64,000 bases of DNA, taken from Candidatus Eiseniibacteriota bacterium (GTDB taxonomy: Bacteria > Eisenbacteria > RBG-16-71-46). How positions within the stretch are numbered: position 1 is the stretch's first letter; every line of letters begins with the position of its first letter. Position numbers and translations under genes: made by a program. The stretch spans positions 928,001-992,000 of the forward strand of contig OY970342.1 in NCBI GenBank assembly GCA_963717505.1, in the 5' to 3' direction. This document shows positions 19,302-28,700 of the stretch, piece after piece. A model generated the notes under the pieces. The model saw only the letters and a list, made by a program, of their open reading frames with translations. It made no database searches and was not told where the DNA came from.

Positions 19302-21174
19302 GGGCAGACGCCTCTCGGGTGGTCAGCATTAGAGCGAATTCCCGTCGCGGGGATCTGAGCATCATCCCAGACTTCTTCTCTTCGGGCACGTTCTTCCCGT
19401 GACAGCTCTCGCACTCGTGGGGAACCGGACGCCAGATCACGAGCGGTCCCTTCGCCGTCTGTTCCGTGCGATGACACGACAGGCACGGTGTGCGGGCATG
19501 TTCGCCTTCGAGTTTGAAGGAGGAGTGCCGGTTGTGATCGAACCGTGACGCGGGCGCGAACGCATCGTTGTCGTGACAGCCCTCGCAAGCGCCCCGGTCT
19601 TTACGACCCTTGAACTGGCCGGCGTGGACGTCCTCGTGGCACTCGGTGCAACGGGCGCGCTTCTGGGTGAAGGGCAGGGTCCGGCCGTGCGCGGCGCGCA
19701 GGGTCGAAGCGGCAGCCGTCGCCTTGAGCTCGGCGTGGCACGCCTGACATGGCACGGCCGCGTGCGCGCCCTCGAGCGGGAAGGCGTAGGCGGCGTGGGC
19801 CGCGACGTCCACGGCCGAGGGCCGGAACCGATGCACATCGTGACAGGACAAGCAGGCCTCTTGGGCACCGCGGGCGGTTGCAAAACGCCCGGCGTGCGGG
19901 TCACGGTGACAATCGACGCACTTCTCATGCCCGGGGCGCATGCGGACACGCGCCGGGCCCAGGGTGGCGGCCTCCGCGGCGTTGCCGCGTGCATGGCACA
20001 GGCGGCATTCGGTCTCGACGTGCGCCCCCTCCAGTGGATAGCGGGTAGCGCGATGACTGGCCACGGTGAACGAAGAGTGCTCGAAGGTCGCGACGGTGTG
20101 ACAGGTCGCGCAGTCGGCCGGCTTCCCGACGATCTGGCCCTGCCCGGCGTGCTGGTCCTTGTGGCATGAACCGCAGGTTGCGAACGGCGGCTTGGCCCCC
20201 CAAGCGCGCTTCGTGTCGTGACAGTCGGCGCATGCGACCTCGGCGTGCTTCCCTTTGAGCGGGTATCGCGTCAGGTCGTGATCGAATCCCTTTTCGTTGA
20301 TCACCGCGAATCCCTTGGTCGAGTGGCAGTCCGAGCAGGCGGTCCCGAATCGACCCTGATGTACGTCGCGGTGGCAGGAGCTGCATTCGGCGTGGGGCAC
20401 CGGCCGGTAGCGCGCGTCTTCGGTGAGCTTGGGTGCGTGAGCGGCGGCCATGCCGCTGGCCGCAGTTCGGGTGCGGGTTCGCTGGCCTTCGGCCGCGACC
20501 ACCTGGACTCCCGCAGGGGGATGGCACTTGGCACACTCGACGTCGACGTGCTTGCCGGTGAGCGCGAAGCGGGATTGATCGTGGTCGAACTTCGCCGCCG
20601 GACTCCAACCGTCGAGCCCGTGGCAGGTCTCGCACTTCGACCCTACCTGGCTGCGATGCACGTCTTTGTGACACGAGACGCAATCGGTCTCGAGGGCGAG
20701 CCAGCTCTCGGTATGGTTCTCGACCCGGAGCTTCCCGGAGAGCGGTAGTCGCTGGTACTTCGGTTCGTGACAGGTTCTGCACTCGACCTTGGCGTGCTTG
20801 CCCTCGAGCGGCCAGCCGGCTTCGTTGTGGTCGAAGGCCTCGAGTCCGGCCTTGCCCCAGGACACCAGGTCGAAGTCGCGCCCGGCGTGATCGGGATGGC
20901 AGCTCGCGCAGGCCTGGTCGGCGACCTTGGCATGGTACCCGCGATTCGCGCTCCTCATGGTCGCGATCTCGGTGTGACAAGCGAGGCAGTTCGCGTCCAT
21001 CGTCGACTTGCGCCCGGGCGCGACGTGGCACTTGAAGCAGTCGAGCGAGCCGTCGAGGCTGCGATGCGCATGGGCGAGCGGGCCGGGCGAGATCTGGCCC
21101 GCGGCCGGTGCCGCCCACGCGGAGACTCCGACCAGCAGCACCGCCCGCAGGAATCCGTCACGATGCCACCTCAC
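19285..21174 (-). CDS. Multiheme cytochrome c, 20 CxxCH motifs
   Basis: 20 CxxCH counted; signal peptide then QISPGPLAHAH; degenerate tri-heme repeats with PLEGKH/GAH. Confidence 0.93.
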   Translation of the reverse strand: MRWHRDGFLRAVLLVGVSAWAAPAAGQISPGPLAHAHRSLDGSLDCFKCHVAPGRKSTMDANCLACHTEIATMRSANRGYHAKVADQACASCHPDHAGRDFDLVSWGKAGLEAFDHNEAGWPLEGKHAKVECRTCHEPKYQRLPLSGKLRVENHTESWLALETDCVSCHKDVHRSQVGSKCETCHGLDGWSPAAKFDHDQSRFALTGKHVDVECAKCHPPAGVQVVAAEGQRTRTRTAASGMAAAHAPKLTEDARYRPVPHAECSSCHRDVHQGRFGTACSDCHSTKGFAVINEKGFDHDLTRYPLKGKHAEVACADCHDTKRAWGAKPPFATCGSCHKDQHAGQGQIVGKPADCATCHTVATFEHSSFTVASHRATRYPLEGAHVETECRLCHARGNAAEAATLGPARVRMRPGHEKCVDCHRDPHAGRFATARGAQEACLSCHDVHRFRPSAVDVAAHAAYAFPLEGAHAAVPCQACHAELKATAAASTLRAAHGRTLPFTQKRARCTECHEDVHAGQFKGRKDRGACEGCHDNDAFAPASRFDHNRHSSFKLEGEHARTPCLSCHRTEQTAKGPLVIWRPVPHECESCHGKNVPEEKKSGMMLRSPRREFALMLTTREASAHDSAH

Positions 21175-22610
21175 GACACCGCGGCCGCTTCATGCGTCGC
21201 CGGTTCCAGCGCGATTTCCTTGCGCACGATGCGGACTCCCATCCGCTGCAGAAACGGGTAGGGGGCTTCCCCCCCGATGCGAACGATGACAAAGTCATTG
21301 GGTTGCTCGTACGGAGCGCCATTCTGCTCCAGGATCACCGAATGAGGTCGGATCTCTCGTACCTGGGTACCGAGCAGGAGCTGGATCCGCTTCTGCTCGA
21401 CTGCGGCCTTGAGCTTGGCCTGATTGCGCTCCTTCAGCCGCGAGAACTCGGTTCCGCGATACGAGAGGCTGACGGTCGTGCCCTTCTGGTTCGCGAGCCC
21501 GAGCGCCGACTCGATCGCGCTGTCGCCGCCCCCGACCACCAGCATCGACTGTCCGGCGAACGCCTCCATCTCGATGATGTCGTAGAGCACCTTTTCGGAA
21601 TCCTCGCCGGGCACCCCCAGACGCCGCGGCGTCCCGCGCCGGCCCATGGCGAGCACCACAGTGCGCGAACGGACCTCGCGGTCGGCGGTCGAGACCCGGA
21701 ACATCTCGCCGTCGCGCTCCACGCGCTCGATTCGGTGACCGGTGTTCACGATCAGGCCGGTCTTGGCGATGACCGTCTTCCACACGGCCAGCAGCTCTTC
21801 CTTCGAGCCGTCCGCCACCCACAAATCGCCGTACAGGGGCATGCGCACCGGCTCGGCGAACAGCAGCTTCTTGCGCGGGTACTTGTTGATCGTGTCCGAG
21901 ATCGCCCCCTGCTCCACCACCAGGTAGTGAAGCCCGGATCTCAGGGCCTCGAGACCGGCGCTCAGTCCTGCAGGGCCCGCACCCACGACCACGATGTCGT
22001 AGGCGTGCACGTCGCGATCCCGCCGCGGTTGACTGGGTGGCAGGAGACGAGCGATGTGCTCGACCGCGAGCTTGCCCTCGTTGACCGCGTTCTTGATCAG
22101 CCCGCGACCGCCGAGCTCGCCGACCACGTAGAGCCCGCGAACGTTGGTCTGAAAGTGCGCATCGACATAGGGCACCTCGAGGCGTTGCACCGCCGCACCC
22201 GCGGTGACCACCACCGCGCCTACCGGACATGCGGCTTTGCAGCTCGCGTGGCCCTTGCACAAGTCCAGATTCACGGTGGCGAGCTTGTTCACCATCACGA
22301 TGGCCCCTGGCTCCGGGCAGGCGTCGACGCAGGTGCCGCAGCCCACGCACAGATCCGATCGCACCACGGCGTGGAGCGGCCCCGAGGCCTCGGGCTCGGG
22401 GCCGTCGGCGACGATTGGCGCCAGGACCAGATCGTACGCCTGCATCGGCGCGTTGCATCGGGGGCAGGCCGAAGCATCGGGGGCCACCATGGTCTTGCAC
22501 CGGGGGCAGGGCATGCCGGCGTTGCGGCCGGAGCCGCGCTGTCGCATGTGGAGCACGGCCAGCAGCACCGTGATTCCGGCGAATGCGATCGTTGTTATGA
22601 GCATGGTCAC
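21171..22610 (-). CDS. Membrane-anchored 4Fe-4S dicluster / FAD-NAD(P)H oxidoreductase (TrxB/YpdA-like)
   Basis: N-terminal TM; CPRC-x10-CPRC; CVGCGTCVDACP and CKGHASCKAACP; VVGAGPAG; VVGGGDSAIE; no catalytic CxxC. Confidence 0.88.
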   Translation of the reverse strand: MTMLITTIAFAGITVLLAVLHMRQRGSGRNAGMPCPRCKTMVAPDASACPRCNAPMQAYDLVLAPIVADGPEPEASGPLHAVVRSDLCVGCGTCVDACPEPGAIVMVNKLATVNLDLCKGHASCKAACPVGAVVVTAGAAVQRLEVPYVDAHFQTNVRGLYVVGELGGRGLIKNAVNEGKLAVEHIARLLPPSQPRRDRDVHAYDIVVVGAGPAGLSAGLEALRSGLHYLVVEQGAISDTINKYPRKKLLFAEPVRMPLYGDLWVADGSKEELLAVWKTVIAKTGLIVNTGHRIERVERDGEMFRVSTADREVRSRTVVLAMGRRGTPRRLGVPGEDSEKVLYDIIEMEAFAGQSMLVVGGGDSAIESALGLANQKGTTVSLSYRGTEFSRLKERNQAKLKAAVEQKRIQLLLGTQVREIRPHSVILEQNGAPYEQPNDFVIVRIGGEAPYPFLQRMGVRIVRKEIALEPATHEAAAVS

Positions 22611-22620
22611 GAGCGAATCC

Positions 22621-23592
22621 TCAAGACCCGACGGCGCCCATCAGCACCGCGACCACCACGTGGATCAATATCGCGACCAGCGCGGTGATGGCCACCGGAC
22701 GATGTGCCACGTGCCAGAGCGCGAACAGTCGCCGGGTGGCTTCGAAAGCGCGGATCTGGTGGGCCAGAGTCATCTCCCGCCGAGCGAGACGGGTCACTTC
22801 CACGAGCTGACCGTGATCGAGCGCCTTGCGTCCCGGACCGGGCCGTGCGAACCGCTTGGTCAGGTGCCTCACCGCGCGCCAGCGGGTGAAATCGCTGGTG
22901 ACCAGCAGGATCAACGCGCGGCCCGTGCCCAATCGCGACGTCGGCGCAGGATCCAACACCAGCATCTGCTCCACGTCCGAGGGGAGCAGCCCGGTGGTGG
23001 CGGCGATCCGGGTGACGATGGCACGTCGCTCGTTCGAAGCGTCCTCGAGCGTGAGTTCGAGACCGGCCTGGCTGCGCGGAATGCGTACGTAGAGATAGCG
23101 GCCGACGATGCCGCTCAGGACCACGAGCATCATCGCCAGGAAACCGAGGCCGATCAGCCCCTCGAACCGCCAGCCGGCATGAACCGCAACCAGCCCCGGC
23201 AGGGCGAGCCCGGCAACCGTGTGGACGCGCATCCACGAGGGCAGCTTCCCGGTCCACGCCAGCCAGCGGAACTTCTTGCGCAGCGGGTAGAGCCACATGA
23301 ACAGGAAGAAGGCGAAGCCCACGATCCCGAACGAGAGTCCGACCGAGCCGCCCGGCTTGAGCAGGGCGTGCACCGGGTCTCGGACACGCTCACTGCGCTC
23401 GGCCACGTAGTAGTGGAGCCAAACCAGCGACAGGGCCGCCGGAATCGCCAGGAGGACGAGCAGCGACCACCGATCGGCCGTCTCGGAGCGTTGAGCCGGC
23501 GCCACCAGCTTGGGTTTTGCGGACACGACCGGGGGCCGGCCAGGGGGCGGGAACGCAGCCCTTGGCCTGCCCGAAGCAGGTGCCTGTTGCAT
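22621..23592 (-). CDS. Polytopic membrane protein, putative di-heme b (ferric-reductase-like TM domain)
   Basis: Several TM helices with His at WMRVHTVAG, VAVHAG, WHVAHRP, ILIHVV; LYPLRKK and SGIVGRYLY motifs. Start uncertain. Confidence 0.7.
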   Translation of the reverse strand: MQQAPASGRPRAAFPPPGRPPVVSAKPKLVAPAQRSETADRWSLLVLLAIPAALSLVWLHYYVAERSERVRDPVHALLKPGGSVGLSFGIVGFAFFLFMWLYPLRKKFRWLAWTGKLPSWMRVHTVAGLALPGLVAVHAGWRFEGLIGLGFLAMMLVVLSGIVGRYLYVRIPRSQAGLELTLEDASNERRAIVTRIAATTGLLPSDVEQMLVLDPAPTSRLGTGRALILLVTSDFTRWRAVRHLTKRFARPGPGRKALDHGQLVEVTRLARREMTLAHQIRAFEATRRLFALWHVAHRPVAITALVAILIHVVVAVLMGAVGS

Positions 23593-23681
23593 GATGCAAC
23601 GCTCCGTATCGCGGTTTGCGAGGGAAACACACGGAGAAACCTGGCCCGCAGCCATTGAGGGACGGGGGTAGGCCAGGTCCT

Positions 23682-23697
23682 TGCAGAACAGGTGCCA
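23682..23697 (-). promoter_or_regulatory. Sigma54 (-24/-12) promoter of the multiheme operon
   Basis: Minus strand TGGCACCTGTTCTGCA versus consensus TGGCACG-N4-TTGCW; GG and GC exactly spaced; about 90 bp upstream of the first gene. Confidence 0.65.
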
Positions 23698-23749
23698 CAG
23701 CGGCCCCACAACTTGTTGTACCAGAAAAGGGGTTCGCGAGTTTCCGAAA

Positions 23750-25618
23750 CTATCGCGGCGCCGCCCCCTCACTCTCCAGCCAGCCCACGATCTCCCGGGT
23801 CTTGTCGTTATCGGGCGCCAGCCTTCGCAAGTGAAGGACTGCGTGCTCGACTGCGGCGCGATTGCCGCAATTGATCCCACTCACCCCGACACCGAACCAG
23901 GCGATCGTGAGGTTCGAATCGCGCTCGGCGGCGCGCAAGTAGATGTCGAGGGCCCGGTCGTGTCGGCCGTTCATGGTCTCGGCCATCGCCCAGTGCGTGT
24001 GGTTGCGGGCGCTGGGCGCGGCCGCCACTGCCTGTTCGAACGCGCGCGCGGAGTCCTCGTAGCGCGCCTCGCGAAAGTTCCGCCAGCCGAGAAAGTCCCA
24101 GGTGCGAGCGCGATCGACCGCCGGGCGGCCGGGCGGCTCGAGCATCAGGGCTTCCAGTCGCGCGAAGCCGCGCGCTTCATCGGCGTAGTGCACCAGCCAC
24201 TGAACGGCCGGGGTCGCGACCGCCGCGATCACCGCGACGGCGAGCCACCCGCGGCGCGAGCCATCGAGTGCGACCGCGATGCGCCATGCCGACCAGACCG
24301 CGAGTGCCACACCGGCGGTTGCGAACGAGTCCCAGTCGCGCACCAGCCCCTGTGGCGGACGTGCCGCCAGGAACACGAACGCGAACGGAATCGCGATCGA
24401 CGCGGCGATCCAACCCTGGTCGCGACGTAGCTGTCGGATGGCGGCGTCCGGCTCCGCGGCGCGCCGGCCGGCGATCGCCGCGATCACGGCCACCAGCAGG
24501 GCCGGCGCCAGGAACAGAACCAGGTTCAACACGTCGAGCAGCCGCGTCGGCTCGAATGCGGCCGCGAGCATTCCACCTCCGGCGCGCGTCTCAGCGGTCG
24601 CGAAGTTGGCGCCGAGGTCATAGGTCACGATGGTCCGCCACAGACGCGGCGCCAGGACGCAGAGCACGGTGATCGGAATGGTGACGGCGAAGAGCGCCGC
24701 GGCACCCGGTCCGCCGCGCGCCCTACGAAGCGCTCGAAACCCGATCACCCAGGTCAGCAGCAGTGCCGGCACCAGCCCGAGCGCAAAGCGATGGAACAAG
24801 ACGCCGATCGAAACGCATAGTCCGGCGCCGAGCAGCGGTACGCCGACGGCGGCCGACCCGCTCGCCGCCCGGCTCGCGTCTGCAACTGCGAGCGCGCACG
24901 CCGCGAAAGCGACCACCACCACACAGATCTCCGCGAAGGCCTTGCTCTCCCCCGTGTAGAGACAGAGGTAGCCGCCAAACAGAACCATCGCGGCGGCGGC
25001 CGTGGTCGCCGCCGGGCCCACTCGCATCGACCGCGCCAGGAAGATGGCCGCGGCGCCGAGCAGTGCCGCGCCCACGGCACCGATCACGCGTACGGCGGTG
25101 TGGACGTCGGTCCAGCCGGCCGACTGCACCCACCGTGGCAGCGAGTAGTGCAGCCAGACATCGAGTGGGAATGCCTGCGGCGAGAGCACCGTCGGGTCTT
25201 GTCCGTCTCGGAGCCCGCCCAAACGGATCAGGAAGTCCCCGACGAAGTAGAGACGGTCGGGGAGCGCGAACACGAGGGCGGCGGCAATCACGGCGGCGAC
25301 CAGGCCACCAAGCGCGGTTCGCGTCTGGATCGCGCGCCCGGCGGCCTCCGCCAACGGCGCCAGACGGCGGGCCACCGGTGGCGTCAGCGCCGCGGCCGCC
25401 AGAACCCACGGCGCCCACGCCCACCAGGGGTCGAGGAAGCGCTGGACGTTGAGCCCCCACAGGGCCATCGACGGAACGAACGAGACGACGGCGCGGGCGA
25501 CGAGGAGTGTCACCAGCGCAACCGCAATCGCCGTCGAACGGTGGTCCCGGGAACGCACTTCGTGGCCGATGGCGCCCCGGTGCGCGCCGGACGCGCCTTG
25601 CTGCGCGAGTTTCGCCAT
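23750..25618 (-). CDS. Multi-TM membrane protein with C-terminal TPR repeats
   Basis: More than 10 hydrophobic helices, then TPR-like helices (YEDSARAFEQAVAAAP; AWFGVG). Confidence 0.75.
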   Translation of the reverse strand: MAKLAQQGASGAHRGAIGHEVRSRDHRSTAIAVALVTLLVARAVVSFVPSMALWGLNVQRFLDPWWAWAPWVLAAAALTPPVARRLAPLAEAAGRAIQTRTALGGLVAAVIAAALVFALPDRLYFVGDFLIRLGGLRDGQDPTVLSPQAFPLDVWLHYSLPRWVQSAGWTDVHTAVRVIGAVGAALLGAAAIFLARSMRVGPAATTAAAAMVLFGGYLCLYTGESKAFAEICVVVVAFAACALAVADASRAASGSAAVGVPLLGAGLCVSIGVLFHRFALGLVPALLLTWVIGFRALRRARGGPGAAALFAVTIPITVLCVLAPRLWRTIVTYDLGANFATAETRAGGGMLAAAFEPTRLLDVLNLVLFLAPALLVAVIAAIAGRRAAEPDAAIRQLRRDQGWIAASIAIPFAFVFLAARPPQGLVRDWDSFATAGVALAVWSAWRIAVALDGSRRGWLAVAVIAAVATPAVQWLVHYADEARGFARLEALMLEPPGRPAVDRARTWDFLGWRNFREARYEDSARAFEQAVAAAPSARNHTHWAMAETMNGRHDRALDIYLRAAERDSNLTIAWFGVGVSGINCGNRAAVEHAVLHLRRLAPDNDKTREIVGWLESEGAAPR

Positions 25619-25730
25619 GGAGATCGGCGACTATGCCACAGCGCCTCGTGGTTCGCGGATGGGGCCGACGTCAGGAACGCTCTGTTAGACTGGAGCCCAA
25701 ACTACTGCTCCCAACTCGCCGCAGGTCCAG

Positions 25731-28700
25731 ATGACCCAAGCACCGACCCATCCTGAACCCCGCCGCAGCACCCCTTTTCCCTGGCGCCCGGTGCTTACCG
25801 TCCTCCTGGTCCCCGTGGTGCTGGTCGTGGTCCTGGTGGCCGCGCTCCACACGCCGTGGGGCATGAAGACGGTCGCTAATCAGGCTTTGCGGGCGGTGCC
25901 CCTGTGGCCCGAGACGCGGCTCGAGGCCGCCGCCGCCCGCGGCGGGTTTGGCTCGGGCATCGAGCTCTACGGCATCCGCCTGATCGCGCCCAACGGACCT
26001 TTGGCGGGCGTCATCGACACGCTGCGCGTGAGCTACCAACTGCACGAGCTGTTGGGAAACCCGAGGCGCGTACGCGAGATCCGGATCGCCGGACTTCAGT
26101 TGCTGGCGAGCCGGCTGCCGCGCGCGGTGGCCAAGGATCGCAAGTCGCGCGCCGACCGCCGGCCGCCGCAGGTCACCCTGGACCGGCTCGAGCTGCATCG
26201 CACCGATCTCGAAATTCACGTTTCATCGTTCGGACGCGACTCGGTGCTGCTCGTCAAGGGACTCGATCTGACGATGACCGATTTTCGGTTGCACGAGTCG
26301 ACCTCGCTCGCGCTCGACACGCTGAGCGCGACCCTGGTGTCGCCCGCCGCCCCGGCCGAGTCCTTGCGCCTCGCGATGCGCGGGCGCCTGACACCGACGC
26401 GCCTCGAGCTCGATACATTGTCGATTGCCGGGGTGCGCACCCGAGTCACCGGTGCGGGAACGCTGCCGGTGAAGGGTGGCGAGGGCGCGAGTTTCGTGGG
26501 CGCGGACTTCAGCCTATACGCCCGGCCGCTCGCCGGCGCCGACATCGAGCGCTTCCTTCCGTTCCTGGGCAATCCGGGCGACCTGACGCTCGGCATGGTC
26601 GCCCGCAGCCGGGGCTCGCGGCTGCACGCCACGGTCGACGCGCGCGCCGCGCGCGGCGGCCACGTCGCACTAGAAGCGACGGTGGCGGCTGCTGGCGGTC
26701 CGATTTCGCTGCACACAGACGGGCGTGTGGATGATCTCGATCTCGGCGCACTTCGGGGCGGAGCGGCCGACAGCTTGGTGATCGACGCCTCGTGGCGGGC
26801 GGAGTTGGATGGGCCGGACCGCGCACACCTTTCGGGCCCGATCGCGCTGACCCTCGATGGGTCGCGCGTCGGCGACCTGCGGTTCGACGAAGCCCGAATC
26901 GAGGGCGCACTCGCCGACCGTCGCGCAACCGTGAACGCGCGCGCCCGCGGCGAGGGTTTCGCACTGACCGTCGCCGGCTGGGCGACCCCGCTCGACTCGA
27001 TCGTCGCCTACGACGCCTCGGCGGTTCTTTCCCTCGCGCGCGTCCCGTATCCACCGAGGTCGCCTTTCTCGCCGCCACCCGATTCGCTGGCGGACTCGAC
27101 GACGTTGTTCGCGGGTGATACCGAGATTCAAATCAGGGGCCGCGGCCTCTCGGCGGATCGTGCGCAGACGATTGCGACCCTCGAGCTGCGTCCGGATTCG
27201 ACCACGCCGTCGCTGTTGGGCGCCGGCCGGGTCGCAGCCAACCTCGATGCGGGGGTCGCGCGCTGGCGAGTCGACCTGCAGGCCACATCGGGTTCGATCC
27301 GTGCCAGCGGTGATTTTGGCCTGTCGCCCGAGCTATCGTATCGGATTCATCGCGCCGAGATCGCCGGCGTCGACATCGCAGCGTTCGCCGGCGACACCAC
27401 CGCGAGCCGGCTCGACCTCGTGCTGCGTGCCGAGGGCCGTGGCGCGGAGCCCGATCGGATTCGGGCGACCGCCGTGATCGATTCCCTGGCGCTGGCTTAC
27501 GGGATCCATCGGATCGCCGGCGGCACCGCCACGGTGAACCTGGATCGCGGGCGCGCGCGATTCGAGAGTGCGGTCACCGTGGACCAGGCAACCGTCCAGG
27601 CGAGCGGCACGCTCGAGCCCCTGAGCCAACCCAAAGCCGCGCGCATCGCGTTCGATGTTCGCGACCTCGATCTGGCCAAAGTCACCGGAGACTCCCTGCT
27701 CACGAGCCAGCTCGCCGGCCACGTTCGAGCCGAGCTGCGCGGGTCCGATCTCGCCGCGTGGCTCGGGACACCGACGCGGAATGCAGCGATCGAGTCCGGG
27801 CGCGGCCTGGTGCGAATCGAGCTCGAACCATCGTCGGTCGGCGATCAGCACATCGCGGTCTTCGACCTGCGCGGCGACCTCGAGCGCGGCACCGTGAAGC
27901 TCGGGGGGCGACTCGAGTCCTCGTTCGGCGAGGTGCGACTCGCCGGGACCGCACGTCCGTTCGATGCGGTTCCGACGCTGCGGCTCACCCCGCTCGCCTT
28001 CTCGTCGTTCTCGCCCCTGCTGTTGGTCGGCCGCCCGGACCCCGCGCTCGAATTCGAAGGCCGGCTCGACGCCGAATTGTCGGGACGGAGTCTCGCCGAG
28101 CTCAGCGGCAACCTCGATCTCGTGCTCGACGGGTCGCGGGTGAACTCGATGACCTTCGATCAGCTCGCCGTTCATTCGCGCATGGGCGAAGGGACCATCG
28201 AGACCCACCTCACTGCGCGCGCCGCGGATGATTCGGCCGACGTGGCGTTGATCGGCGCGCCGTTCCTGGATCCGCGTCGCTTGCACGCCGCCGGACGGAT
28301 TCGGTCGGTCGGCCTGGCCTCTATGTTGGGCATCGATTCGGTCCGTGCCGGCGCCGGCCTCGAGTTCACCTTCGACGGCCGTCAACCGCGGGGCGGTGGC
28401 GTGGACGATCTCGTACTTTCGGGGTCGGTGGCGGGTAACGCTTGGCTGGGCGAGGCGCGCCTCGACACGGTTGCGGGCGAGTTCAACGTCGAGCACGGCG
28501 TTGCGCAGGTGCCTCGTCTCGCGTTGCGCGGCAACGTGCTGAATGCCGACGGTGGCGGCCGGGTGGTGCTGCCGCGATCCCGGTCGCGCGAGGCCACGGA
28601 CGTTCGCCTCACGGGAACGCTGGACCGCATTGAACTGCTGCCTCCCCTCCCTGGGATCAAGGAACTGGCGGGGAGCGCCCGGATTCAGGTGGCCGCTTCG

